From positions 1 to 26,661 of IMG/VR virus record IMGVR_UViG_3300022890_000430: DNA of 26,661 nt; one strand, written 5' to 3'. The notes under the pieces were generated by a model that worked only from the letters and a program-made list of their open reading frames with translations, was not told the origin of the DNA and did no database searches. Position 1 is the stretch's first letter. Each line of letters starts with the position of its first letter. Source of the stretch: a virus. Lineage: Duplodnaviria; Caudoviricetes. Positions 8,341 through 17,929 of this stretch are shown here, in pieces. The position numbers were made by a program, and so were the translations under genes.

Positions 8341-10051
8341 GCCAACATATTCCCCTACCCTGTACCCTCTTGATTGCCGAAAGGCAGCCCGCAGACTTCG
8401 CAGCAACACGGTTAGCGCAATTGTGACCGATCCACCCTATGGACTAAAGTTTATGGGTAAGGAATGGGACCATGGAGTTCCAGGAGTACAATTCTGGCAG
8501 ACGTTCCTCAGAGTCTGTAAACCTGGAGCAATGCTTCTAGCCTTCGGCGGCACGAGAACTTATCACCGTTTGGCTTGTGCTATCGAGGATGCTGGTTGGG
8601 AGATACGCGATTGTATCATGTGGGTGTACGGATCGGGCTTCCCCAAGTCACACAACATCAGCAAATCCCTCGACAAGGCAGCAGGTGCAGAGCGTGAAGT
8701 GGTGGGGCGAAAGACAGGACGGGCAGCAACCCCAGTCCAGGATATTCGTGGTGGTTCGTTTGCAGGAGGGCATGGCAAAAACAGTGCGATTGACTGTTCG
8801 GCTATCACCGCCCCCGCAACCGACGCCGCCAAACTCTGGGACGGTTGGGGTACTGCTCTGAAGCCGAGCTATGAGCCAGTGATCCTTGCCATGAAACCTC
8901 TCGACGGCACGTTTGCAAATAATGCTGTGAAGCACGGTGTAGCCGGAATCAATGTTGATGGGTGTCGAATCCCTGGCACCCCACATGGGGGCGGACACCA
9001 TGCTGTAACTATTTATGGTTCAGATGGGAATTATATTCAAGGACCGAATGTACCGGGTAATCCAGAAGGCCGCTTCCCCGCCAACCTAATCCACGACGGA
9101 AGCGATGAAGTGGTGGGGCTGTTTCCTAAGACGAAGAGCGGTTGTCTTGAGCCCCACCACGCTCCAGAGCGAAAAAGCAATAGCCCAGTTTATGGCACGT
9201 ATGGCGGAAGGAAGGAACCCCCCAAGCCGTTTGGCGGCGACTCCGGCTCTGCCGCTCGGTTTTTCAAACAATGTCCGTACACAGAAGAAGACTTAGCCTT
9301 GTTTCTTTTGCGTGCAAAGACTATAATAGACACGGTACAATCCAATTCAAAAAGGAGACTCCCGTGGAAGATAAAACTTGCGAATACTGTGGACAACAAT
9401 TTGTCCCTGCCAAATCAAGTCGCCGTTTCTGTTCTAAGTCGTGTAGTAACAGAGGCCAGCCAAGGGGCCAGGCAGTTAAGCGGTTTGCAGGGACTTTCTA
9501 TGAACGTAACGCCGAAGCTGTTAAGGCAGCTTTGCGAAAACGTTATTGCACTGATCCTGAGTACCGAAAGCGGGTACTTGCGAGGGTCTTGGGTCATAGG
9601 CACGGCAAAGTTAAACGGCAACCTTGCGAAGTCTGTGGGGAAATCAAAGCAGATAAACATCACGACGACTACGACAAGCCCCATGATTTTAGATGGCTCT
9701 GCCGTAGTTGCCATGTTGAGTTTCACAAATCACAATATGGATCGTGGGGTGAAGGTCTCAGAACCAAGTAGGGCGTTCTATTGTGCCAAGGCAAATAAAA
9801 GTGAGAGGACTTGTGGGGGAGATGTTGAGAACAAGCATCCAACAGTGAAGCCGCTGGCTCTCATGGAATACCTCGTGCGTTTGGTAACGCCACCAAAGGG
9901 TGGAGTTGTCTTTGATCCTTTCATGGGCTCTGGGAGTACCGGTGTAGTTTGTCGGAGGCTAGGGATTAAATTCATCGGCTGCGATAATGATGAAGAGGCT
10001 TTTCGGACGGCAGAGAATCGAATTAGGCTAGCAACACAAGATAGGAGATAA
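8333..10051 (+). CDS. N4-C/N6-A DNA methyltransferase (beta class) with a ~155-aa insertion
   Basis: TDPPYG, WVYGSGFPKS, WGTALKP..EP, GRFPAN, FYCAKA, HPTVKP..LM, DPFMGSGST. Confidence 0.92.
   Translation: MPKPTYSPTLYPLDCRKAARRLRSNTVSAIVTDPPYGLKFMGKEWDHGVPGVQFWQTFLRVCKPGAMLLAFGGTRTYHRLACAIEDAGWEIRDCIMWVYGSGFPKSHNISKSLDKAAGAEREVVGRKTGRAATPVQDIRGGSFAGGHGKNSAIDCSAITAPATDAAKLWDGWGTALKPSYEPVILAMKPLDGTFANNAVKHGVAGINVDGCRIPGTPHGGGHHAVTIYGSDGNYIQGPNVPGNPEGRFPANLIHDGSDEVVGLFPKTKSGCLEPHHAPERKSNSPVYGTYGGRKEPPKPFGGDSGSAARFFKQCPYTEEDLALFLLRAKTIIDTVQSNSKRRLPWKIKLANTVDNNLSLPNQVAVSVLSRVVTEASQGARQLSGLQGLSMNVTPKLLRQLCENVIALILSTESGYLRGSWVIGTAKLNGNLAKSVGKSKQINITTTTTSPMILDGSAVVAMLSFTNHNMDRGVKVSEPSRAFYCAKANKSERTCGGDVENKHPTVKPLALMEYLVRLVTPPKGGVVFDPFMGSGSTGVVCRRLGIKFIGCDNDEEAFRTAENRIRLATQDRR
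9298..9771 (+). mobile_element. Non-intein in-frame insertion carrying an out-of-frame HNH endonuclease (boundaries approximate)
   Basis: It separates SAARFF..CP from FYCAKA, which are normally close together. There are no intein motifs in the MTase frame. It contains TATAAT (9322), AGGAG (9353) and a nested HNH ORF. Confidence 0.75.
9364..9771 (+). CDS. HNH endonuclease with N-terminal Zn finger, nested in the -1 frame of the MTase
   Basis: GTG start 6 nt after AGGAG; CEYC...FCSKSC Zn finger; CEVCG...HHDDYDKP....WLCRSCH..FH HNH motif. Confidence 0.88.
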   Translation: MEDKTCEYCGQQFVPAKSSRRFCSKSCSNRGQPRGQAVKRFAGTFYERNAEAVKAALRKRYCTDPEYRKRVLARVLGHRHGKVKRQPCEVCGEIKADKHHDDYDKPHDFRWLCRSCHVEFHKSQYGSWGEGLRTK

Positions 10052-10054
10052 CAA

Positions 10055-11389
10055 GTGGGTGTAATGCAGGCGAGAGGGGGCCTAGCAGGCCGTGTAGAGC
10101 GTCTCGGGGAGCTATTAGGCAAACTATGCCCCTGCCCCAAGGAATGGCTTACAGAGGGCACAAAAGGCTCTACGGCGGGAGGGCAAGAGTCTATAGAGTG
10201 CGTAGAATGCCAAGACTACCGCAAATTGGTTATGTCGTGGCGTAAAGCAATGAAATGGACAGACGGTCTTGACCATGCATTGACTGTCATGCTTGCCGCA
10301 ATCGCAAGCACGAAAGCCGTTGGAGACCAGTTGTGGGTCAAGGTGATTGGGCCTGCCGCTTGTGGAAAATCTACTTTGTGTGAGGCTATTAGTACCAACA
10401 AGCGTTATGTCTTGGCAAAGTCCACCATCAGAGGATTTCATAGTGGGTATAAGACGGATGGAGCAGGGGAAGAAGACAACAGCCTCGTGGCTTTGCTGTT
10501 TGGCAAAACGCTCGTGACAAAGGATGGTGATACGCTGTTGCAAAGCCCCAACCTCTCTCAGATTCTTTCCGAAGCAAGAGACCTATATGACAGCACAAGC
10601 CGTACTCATTATCGAAACACTATGAGCAAGGATTATGAGGGAGTGCGGATGACCTGGCTGTTGTGTGGGACTAGTTCGTTGAGGTCAATAGACCAAAGCG
10701 AATTAGGGGAGAGGTTCTTGGATTGTGTCATCATGGAAGGTATTGACGATGATCTGGAAGACGAGATACTTTGGAGGGTAGCCAATCGAGCAGAGAAAAA
10801 CGTGGGGATTGAAACGGATGGCAAACTGGAAACACAATATGAACCGGAATTGTCCAAGGCCATGTCGTTGACAGGAGGTTACGTGGACTACCTTCGCGAG
10901 AATGCTTCACAAGAGTTAGGTCTAATTGAGATGGATCGGGAAGCTAAGATCCAATGTATGCGCCTCGGCAAGTTCGTGAGCCATATGCGCGCTAGACCTT
11001 CTCAACACCAAGAGGAAACAGCCGAGAGAGAGTTGGGGGCAAGGCTTGTCAGTCAGCTTATCCGATTGGCTAAGTGTACCGCGTTCGTTTTGAATAAGCG
11101 CACAATAGACACATCAGTCATGGATAGGGTACGTCGTGTGGCTTTGGATACAAGCCGGGGACAAACTTTGAATATTGTACACACACTAGCCAAAGAAAAG
11201 TCTGAGGGGAGAACTTCTGCCAGCTTAGGATTGAAGCTGAATCGAGCAGAGAATAAAGTGAGGACTATGCTTCGGTTCTTACGGAAGATCAACGCGGTAG
11301 AACAGTACACCCCAAAGAATAATCGAGTCCGTTGGAGACTAACAAAGAGAATGGCAAAGCTTTACGGAGAGGTTATTGATTATGTCTAG
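10055..11389 (+). CDS. P-loop (AAA+-like) ATPase, putative replicative helicase, with C-terminal wHTH
   Basis: Walker A GPAACGKST, ELGERFL, AGGAG SD; located near the primase. Confidence 0.7.
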   Translation: MGVMQARGGLAGRVERLGELLGKLCPCPKEWLTEGTKGSTAGGQESIECVECQDYRKLVMSWRKAMKWTDGLDHALTVMLAAIASTKAVGDQLWVKVIGPAACGKSTLCEAISTNKRYVLAKSTIRGFHSGYKTDGAGEEDNSLVALLFGKTLVTKDGDTLLQSPNLSQILSEARDLYDSTSRTHYRNTMSKDYEGVRMTWLLCGTSSLRSIDQSELGERFLDCVIMEGIDDDLEDEILWRVANRAEKNVGIETDGKLETQYEPELSKAMSLTGGYVDYLRENASQELGLIEMDREAKIQCMRLGKFVSHMRARPSQHQEETAERELGARLVSQLIRLAKCTAFVLNKRTIDTSVMDRVRRVALDTSRGQTLNIVHTLAKEKSEGRTSASLGLKLNRAENKVRTMLRFLRKINAVEQYTPKNNRVRWRLTKRMAKLYGEVIDYV

Positions 11390-13645
11390 GCGGAAAAGGG
11401 AAGTACCAAGGAAGCTTCGGAGAGTTGCGAGAGCAAAACCTTATTGGACCACGAAGGATAGGAAGGCAGTCAAGCTCTATCAAGGCAATGTGTTGGACGT
11501 ATTGCGTAAGCTACCAGCACAATCTGTTCACATGGTTATGACCTCTCCTCCCTATTGGGGCTTACGTGATTACGGAACAGACAAGACAAAGGAATTAGGA
11601 TCAGAAAAGACACCTGAAGAATATATTGATCGGATGGTTGAAATCTTCTCTGAAGTTAGGAGGGTGTTGAGGAACGATGGAACGGTTTGGCTTAATCTCG
11701 GCGATACGTATGGGGGAGGTTCTCCAGGCCGGAATGATGTGGATAGAAAATACCCAGGGCAAAATAAAAGTTCTCGTCTGCGAACTGAGAACTCTCGGAA
11801 GGCAAATACAAAAGGGACTAAGGCAGGAAACCTCGTCGGTATTCCTTGGCGGGTTGCTCTTGCATTGCAGGCTGATGGTTGGGTACTAAGGCAGGACATC
11901 ATTTGGTGTTTGAGTGGTGCCACTTGGGTTTATGTTAGGTCTCAGAAGGGGGATATGCCTATGATGATTAAAGACCTCGCAAGGCTGGACCCAGGCACTG
12001 TGAAAATGTGGGATGGTAAGGAGTGGGTCCAGCTTCTTGGTGTAAGCAGAACTCCCCGGGATGGGCGAGAGGTCAAGCTAACTTTGAGGAGTGGGGAAAC
12101 AATAAGCTGTTCTGCTAAACACAAGTTCCCAACCAAGAATCAGGGGCTAGTGAAGGCCGAGGGTTTATCTATTGGGGATTGCCTCACACAATCCACTCTA
12201 CCAGAACCAGATGACTTGAAATCCCCGATTCATATTGACGTTGATGCCGCATGGCTTGCTGGATTGTACTTGGCAGAAGGGTGGGGTGCTGAGAACCACC
12301 AAAGCAATAAGTTTGGGTTGTCTGGGCATAGGAAGGAATATGCACGATGGAATAGGGTGTTCAAAATTGTTAGATCATACGGAGGACACGCCACGCTGCG
12401 CATGAAAGGCAACAACCAAACAATAAGCATCCATGGCAAAGTGGTCACATCTATCATCAGAGAGTTGATTGCTGGTAAAACATCAAAAGACAAACACTTC
12501 AATCCGTGTGTGTGGAAGTACAGTAACCAGTTCTTACAATCCTTGATGGAAGGCTATCTGCATGGGGATGGAAGTACTGATAAAGAAAACCGAAGGATTA
12601 GATTGGGGTTCACGAGAAATCATGGTTTGGCGAGGGACATTCGCGTAGCTTGTGCAAGACTGGGATGGGTGTTGACACTCAAGCCTTGTATCGGTGTGTT
12701 TGATGGAAGAGAATTCCCAGGGTTTCGTGGAGAGATACGAAAGACCAGAAGTGGTCATCTCAACGAGAAGGATCGTTGTGAGATAACAGACATTTGCGCT
12801 TCCCATGCTGGACCTGGAAAGTTCATGTATGATGTTGGAGTGGCTGGCGACTCCCATCTTTTCACTCTTGCCAGTGGTGTAGTCACACACAACAGCAAGC
12901 CTAATCCAATGCCAGAGCCAGTTAGGAATCGATGTACAAAATCCCATGAGTATCTGTTCTTGTTAGCCAAGCGCGGAGGATACTTCTATGATGCAGAAGC
13001 AATCAAGGAAAAGTCTATAGATAGGGAATCTTTAGAAGGCAGAACGGTCAGAAACAGAAAAGCTATTCACGCCGCAAATGTGATACCCAACGACCAGGGT
13101 ATCACGACTTTACGACAATACCAGAGGGTAAAACATACCCAACACGCAACAAACGATCAGTATGGTCTATCCCTTCTTATGCTTATGGTGGTGCTCACTT
13201 TGCTACGTTCCCTCCTAAGCTAGTTGAGCCTTGCATTCTTGCAGGTACTAGTGAGATGGGATGTTGTCCTGAGTGTGGTGCTCCTAGGAAGAGAGTAGTG
13301 GAAACTACTCGGGAGGATACGAGACCAGGAAGAGAAACCAAGTATGGTTCGGTTGAAGAGGATATACGAGGGGGAGACGGTATGAGGTTGCGGAGGCTGA
13401 GGAAGGATAAGACAATCGGTTGGGAAGCTACTTGCGATTGTGGGGTTGAAGAGTCTGTCCCTTGTGTAGTGCTTGATCCGTTCGTTGGTAGTGGGACAGC
13501 TTGTTGTGTTGCTATTGAGAAGGGGAGAAGGTCTATTGGAATAGACTTGTCGGAGGAGTATCTTCGGGAGCAAGCAATCCCGAGGATCAATGGAAATCTG
13601 CTGAGTATCCCAAAGCTATCGGGATTGTACAGGGAGAAAGAATGA
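11382..13645 (+). pseudogene. Second N4/N6 DNA methyltransferase, intein-containing, split by a -1 frameshift between ~13025 and 13140
   Basis: TSPPYWGLRDYG, WLNLGD, GIPWRVA.ALQ and KPNPMPE..HEYLFL lie in one frame. RNKRSVW..AHFATFP..LVEPCILAG and LDPFVGSGT lie in the -1 frame, which is open from 13025 to 13645. Confidence 0.8.
11907..12893 (+). mobile_element. Intein (329 aa) with LAGLIDADG homing endonuclease
   Basis: CLSGAT start, CSAKHKF block B, WLAGLYLAEG and LMEGYLHGDG LAGLIDADG motifs, MYDVGV...VVTHN followed by +1 Ser. Confidence 0.93.
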
Positions 13646-13658
13646 GGAGTGTTTGCTC

Positions 13659-13690
13659 TTGTGTACTATGTATATATACATATTACACAA
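13659..13690. repeat. 32-bp AT-rich near-perfect palindrome
   Basis: TTGTGTACTATGTATA|TATACATATTACACAA, one mismatch. Confidence 0.9.
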
Positions 13691-13709
13691 ACAGACCCCT
13701 GCGTTGCCT

Positions 13710-13738
13710 AGTATAATACAGTTAGGTTCGGAATGCAA
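13710..13738 (-). promoter_or_regulatory. Leftward sigma70-type promoter overlapping a rightward TATAAT
   Basis: Minus strand TTGCAT-17 nt-TATACT; plus strand TATAAT at 13712-13717. Confidence 0.55.
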
Positions 13739-13789
13739 GGGGAAAATTAAAAGGCAATCCTATAGGGTTACGGTAAAGGAAATCAAACC

Positions 13790-14134
13790 ATGAATCCCCC
13801 TAGCCTCGAAACACTTCAGGAGCGAATCGCAGGCCGCAAGTGGGCAATGGATGTGATAAACGATCTTCCTGTCAGTGAGGACCACCCTTTTCGTACTGCC
13901 TTCCTGGACCATGTCAAGAAGTGCTTTACCATCGAGGCCCTTGATCCAGGTGCGATGCCCGATCAGCAAGCCAAGGCATTTGGCTCGCAGGTAATCTTTT
14001 TTGGAAAGTATAGTGGTGGCACCTATGACGATTGCCCACTGGATTATCTTGAATGGTTAGCGGATCAAAATGCCGCATTGGTACGATACTTAAAAAGCCG
14101 CCGTATCCAAGAGGAACGATTACATGAGGATTAA
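13790..14134 (+). CDS. Hypothetical protein with FGKY..YLEWL (DUF3820/ExoX C-terminal-like) motif
   Basis: FGKYSG.TYDDCPLDYLEWL; AAGGA SD. Confidence 0.65.
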   Translation: MNPPSLETLQERIAGRKWAMDVINDLPVSEDHPFRTAFLDHVKKCFTIEALDPGAMPDQQAKAFGSQVIFFGKYSGGTYDDCPLDYLEWLADQNAALVRYLKSRRIQEERLHED

Positions 14135-14579
14135 ACTCTCCGATCTTGACCCCGCCACGCTTGTGCAGTCAGCAGAAGTAAATACGATCATTGCCACTGA
14201 CTGGATGGGGTGCACAAGGCGTTACAAGGGAGGAAGACCAATGGATAATTGCAAAGACTGCCTGCTTAAATATTTAGAAGCAGGCGACGACGTGGTATCG
14301 GGACTGGCGGTCGAGTTGACTGCGGCCAAGCAGAAAATCGAGCGGATGCAAAATGAAAACAAGTGCTTCCTTGCCATGAAGGAAGGCGTTGCGATTCGCA
14401 TCTCCGACTTGGAGATTAAGATTAAACGGCTAGAGGCCATCGTGACCGTCCAAGATGACTTAATCAGTTGGTATGAAACCGAGGGCGAACGGTCGTGCCA
14501 CGAAGACGCATACGTTCCGGAAGATTTGCGTGAATTAGAGGAAGCAATTAAAGCTGCCAAAAAGACAGGAGATGAATGA
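14124..14579 (+). CDS. Hypothetical coiled-coil protein
   Basis: Overlap-coupled ORF with a GAGGA SD. Confidence 0.65.
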   Translation: MRIKLSDLDPATLVQSAEVNTIIATDWMGCTRRYKGGRPMDNCKDCLLKYLEAGDDVVSGLAVELTAAKQKIERMQNENKCFLAMKEGVAIRISDLEIKIKRLEAIVTVQDDLISWYETEGERSCHEDAYVPEDLRELEEAIKAAKKTGDE

Positions 14580-14905
14580 TGCAAGAAGGAACAATCAGAC
14601 CCTCGTGGAGATCAACCCTAGAAGGGCAGTGTAAGTCTTTCGACGATGGTGGCTGGGGGGAAACAAATTTAACCAGTGCCATTAAACGGTGCTTGCGGGA
14701 TTATGATCGACTGCAAACTGCCCTCGACGATGCAAACGAAACACTCCAACTCCACCAGTCGCGTGGTGATTATGAGGCCGGGCAGGTGCTTGGACAGAAG
14801 GCAGCGAAGGCCGAGATTCAGCGGCTGAAAGCCGTCATCGAACAATCTCAGCGAAGTGGAAATCTCAGATGCAATTCGAGAAGCCGCACAAGCGGCGGGA
14901 GGTGA
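14576..14905 (+). CDS. Hypothetical protein (possible frameshift near 14846)
   Basis: AGGAG SD; ATGA coupling with the upstream stop. Confidence 0.6.
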   Translation: MMQEGTIRPSWRSTLEGQCKSFDDGGWGETNLTSAIKRCLRDYDRLQTALDDANETLQLHQSRGDYEAGQVLGQKAAKAEIQRLKAVIEQSQRSGNLRCNSRSRTSGGR

Positions 14906-14908
14906 AAC

Positions 14909-15229
14909 ATGTACTTAGGACCAGTAAGTAAGCCATTCCACAAAACGGAATGCCAATGTGAAGAGTGCCTTCAGTGGATGGTTGATGAGATCGACCGACT
15001 GCAAGCTATCGTTGACAAACTGCCAGTGGACAAGCAAGGCGACCCAATCATACCGAACACGACGCGATACTATGTCCACCCATGCGGAAAAGTATGTGAA
15101 ATTGATGTCGGATTTGGCCTCGACATGGCGTGGACGAATTATGATGGTCAAGTCAGGTGCTACCGTCGGGAGTTGGCGAGGGATAGCTACAGTACACGCG
15201 AAGCCGCGCAAGCGGAAGCAAAGCAATGA
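14909..15229 (+). CDS. Hypothetical protein
   Basis: GGAGGT SD; C-terminal YSTREAA motif. Confidence 0.65.
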   Translation: MYLGPVSKPFHKTECQCEECLQWMVDEIDRLQAIVDKLPVDKQGDPIIPNTTRYYVHPCGKVCEIDVGFGLDMAWTNYDGQVRCYRRELARDSYSTREAAQAEAKQ

Positions 15230-15435
15230 GTGAAGTCCATCAACAAGTTGAGCGGAGGAAAAACCTGGTGTATGGGATTACTTATCCATCTTGGTTTGGT
15301 TGCGATTTTGTGTATTGGTTGTGGCTCAAGTTTTGTTGTTCTCGTGGATGGCATCTTTGGGATGAGTGCTTGACTCCAGACTCTCATTATTTATCTTGCG
15401 ATGCTTGTGGAAAGGTGGTCTATCTGAAGAAATGA
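15226..15435 (+). CDS. Small Cys/Trp-rich hypothetical protein
   Basis: ATGA coupling; C...GWH.W...CDAC pattern. Confidence 0.55.
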   Translation: MSEVHQQVERRKNLVYGITYPSWFGCDFVYWLWLKFCCSRGWHLWDECLTPDSHYLSCDACGKVVYLKK

Positions 15436-15496
15436 AGTGTGGGAGGAATGGTAGAAGTTGGTGGGTTTTCTAGTATAATGTATGTGGAGGATAGGA

Positions 15497-16114
15497 ATGG
15501 GTAGTACTGAGTTGAGGAGTCATGGGGCTGATCTTGGTAGGATCAGTGATAAGATGAGGTTGTTTGCTTTGGAGTATTTGGTTGACTATAACGGTACCCA
15601 AGCAGCGATTAGAGCTGGATATTCAAAGAAGACTGCTTCGGTACGTGCTACCAAGTTACTCAAGAATCCAGTGATAAAAGCTTTCCTAGGTAAGTTTGAG
15701 AGGGAAAGCCAAGAGAAGTTCGAGATCCAACGTAACGAGATACTCATGCACTTGGCAGCCTGCGCTACCCGGGATGGTAGAGACTTCGTTGATAAGGATG
15801 GTAAGCTATTGCTTACCTCACAGAATATCAACGATTTGCCTAAGTCTATCACATGTGCTATCGACGGCATTAAACAGAAGAGGAAGAGTTGGAGAGACCC
15901 GGAGGGGACGGAGTATGAAGAAATTGAAACAGAATTGAAGCTAGTCTCCAAGGCAAGCGCGTTGGATATGTGTATGAAACACAAGGGGCTGTTTGCAGTA
16001 GAGAAGACAGAACAAACAGTCACTCTCAACTGGGACAGCCTAGTTGATCAGGGAAGCAAGAGAGAAGACCCAATCCAGAAGAGATTGGAGCAAGAAACCC
16101 AAACCATTTCCTAG
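15497..16114 (+). CDS. terS: Terminase small subunit
   Basis: FALEYLVDYNGTQAAIRAGYSKKTA...LLKNP.I signature. Confidence 0.92.
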   Translation: MGSTELRSHGADLGRISDKMRLFALEYLVDYNGTQAAIRAGYSKKTASVRATKLLKNPVIKAFLGKFERESQEKFEIQRNEILMHLAACATRDGRDFVDKDGKLLLTSQNINDLPKSITCAIDGIKQKRKSWRDPEGTEYEEIETELKLVSKASALDMCMKHKGLFAVEKTEQTVTLNWDSLVDQGSKREDPIQKRLEQETQTIS

Positions 16115-16124
16115 GAAAACATCC

Positions 16125-16319
16125 ATGGATGTATTTGCTGCAATAGACCGGAAGACAGGAAGAATTAGGCAGATAGTCTATCAGTCAAAAACCTTCACCG
16201 ATGAGTGTATTTTGAAGGCCCTCTATGATGCTTCTGCTAAACCTAACAGAGTGATCAGTGTCCAAGAGGATGGAGAATTGCTAGCTACATTCTGCTTGGA
16301 GGCGCAGCATGTTGGTTGA
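16125..16319 (+). CDS. Small hypothetical protein between terS and terL
   Basis: AGGA SD and ATG 16125; fills the gap and overlaps the terL start. Confidence 0.45.
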   Translation: MDVFAAIDRKTGRIRQIVYQSKTFTDECILKALYDASAKPNRVISVQEDGELLATFCLEAQHVG

Positions 16320-17886
16320 CAACAAAATGCTGGCCTTGAAGAGACTCTTGTGGCCTGATGTAGTCTTCTACGATAAACAAATAGAGGCTATAGAATCAGT
16401 AGAGAGGGACGATGAAACAGTATTGGTAGCAGGCAACCAACTAGGGAAAGACTACGTGGCAGGCTTCATTGTCCTCGCCTTCTTCCTTACAAGGCACCCT
16501 TGCCGAATCATTACAACGAGTGTTAAGGACAAACACTTGAGCGTTCTGTGGGGGGAGATTGGTGAGTTTATCCGAACTTCTGCCTACCCGTTGAATAGTA
16601 AGTTCGGCGGGCCTCTCATTATCAACCATCAACATCTTCGCAAGATAGTTGGTGGTTCTGAATGCCCTCTCAGCTACGTTATGACGATGGTAGCTAATCC
16701 TGAGAATGCGGAGTCATTCCAAGGCCATCACGTAAAGCCTCCACCAGGGGTTGTTGATAATGTCCCCCGCAATATGTTTGTCTCTGATGAGGCAAGCGGG
16801 GTTCCCAATGCTTACTATGAAATGGCGGATACTTGGGCAAGACGTAAGTTGATCTTTGGTAATCCTTGGGACTGTGATAATTTCTTCAAGAAGGCAGTCA
16901 AAGGTAATGCAGAAACCAAAGACTCAGGCGGGGATACGCCAGACCCCACGATGCCTGGTAGGTATTACCGCAAGGTAATCAAGATCAGTGCCGAGGATAG
17001 CCCAAACGTTCAACTAGGTCTTCTCCAAAAGAGCCTTGAGAAGAAACCTACGGATGAAATCCTTATTCCTGGGGTAAAGTCCTACAGCCTTTACGTCAAG
17101 CATCGATTGACCTGGGACAAGATCAAACAGTGTGTGGCCCTTGATGCTGAGTTCTATGAGGGGGCTGAGAATCTCTTGTATCCGCCTGAGTGGCTTAATG
17201 AAGCGGAAGCTCTAGCCGAAACACTAAGCCCACAACGCCGCGCGGACACGATGGGGGTGGATCCTGCTGAGGGTGGGGATAGTACTGTGTGGACGCTGAT
17301 TGATGGGTTGGGTGTGATAGATGTTATCAACGAGAAGACTCCTGATACTTCAGTCATTGTTGGTAGAACAATCAAGCTTATGCGCGAGCACAAACTCAGT
17401 CCAGGGAGAGTCCTATTTGATCGCGGAGGTGGAGGCAAGCAACATGCAGATAGGTTAAGGGCTCAGGGAATTAACGTGAGGACGGTGGCCTTTGGTACTC
17501 CATTGACTCCTGAAAAGATGCGAGGACTAAAGACGTTTGATGTACGCAAGGGAGAGGAAGAAGAGAGGTACGTCTATTTCAATCGGCGTGCGCAAATGTA
17601 TGGGATGATCAGCCTCCTATTAGATCCAGCAGAGGAAGGACAGTTGGCTATTCCAGCGAAGTTCGCGGAGCTACGAAGACAATTGGCCCCAATCCCTCGC
17701 ATATACAATGAGGAGGGTAGGATGATACTTCCCCCCAAGAGGAAGAAACCTGGAGCCATCAACAGCAATGTCATTACGCTAACAGAATTGATCGGGTGTA
17801 GTCCCGATGAAGCAGATGCTCTGGCTCTTGCTGTCTACGGTCGTTATGGCAAAAAGATACAAGCAAGTGCGGGAGCTGCTTGGTAG
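16309..17886 (+). CDS. terL: Terminase large subunit
   Basis: Walker A AGNQLGKD, Walker B FVSDEASG, FGNP coupling motif, nuclease motifs GVDPAEGGD and SPDEADAL. Confidence 0.92.
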   Translation: MLVDNKMLALKRLLWPDVVFYDKQIEAIESVERDDETVLVAGNQLGKDYVAGFIVLAFFLTRHPCRIITTSVKDKHLSVLWGEIGEFIRTSAYPLNSKFGGPLIINHQHLRKIVGGSECPLSYVMTMVANPENAESFQGHHVKPPPGVVDNVPRNMFVSDEASGVPNAYYEMADTWARRKLIFGNPWDCDNFFKKAVKGNAETKDSGGDTPDPTMPGRYYRKVIKISAEDSPNVQLGLLQKSLEKKPTDEILIPGVKSYSLYVKHRLTWDKIKQCVALDAEFYEGAENLLYPPEWLNEAEALAETLSPQRRADTMGVDPAEGGDSTVWTLIDGLGVIDVINEKTPDTSVIVGRTIKLMREHKLSPGRVLFDRGGGGKQHADRLRAQGINVRTVAFGTPLTPEKMRGLKTFDVRKGEEEERYVYFNRRAQMYGMISLLLDPAEEGQLAIPAKFAELRRQLAPIPRIYNEEGRMILPPKRKKPGAINSNVITLTELIGCSPDEADALALAVYGRYGKKIQASAGAAW

Positions 17887-17929
17887 GCTATAATACAGAT
17901 AGTGGAGCAAAACCTTAGGGAGAAGAATC

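Noticed and set aside
9298-9771. Interpretation of the MTase 1 insertion as an intein
   Set aside because: No N-terminal Cys/Ser block A, no TxxH, and no terminal HN followed by C/S/T.
13256-13645. Stand-alone 129-aa gene
   Set aside because: It is the frameshifted C-terminus of MTase 2; conserved motifs extend upstream of this ATG.
15586-16029. 147-aa minus-strand ORF within terS, and similar short antisense ORFs elsewhere
   Set aside because: Ser/Leu/Phe-rich shadows of well-supported genes, with no motifs.
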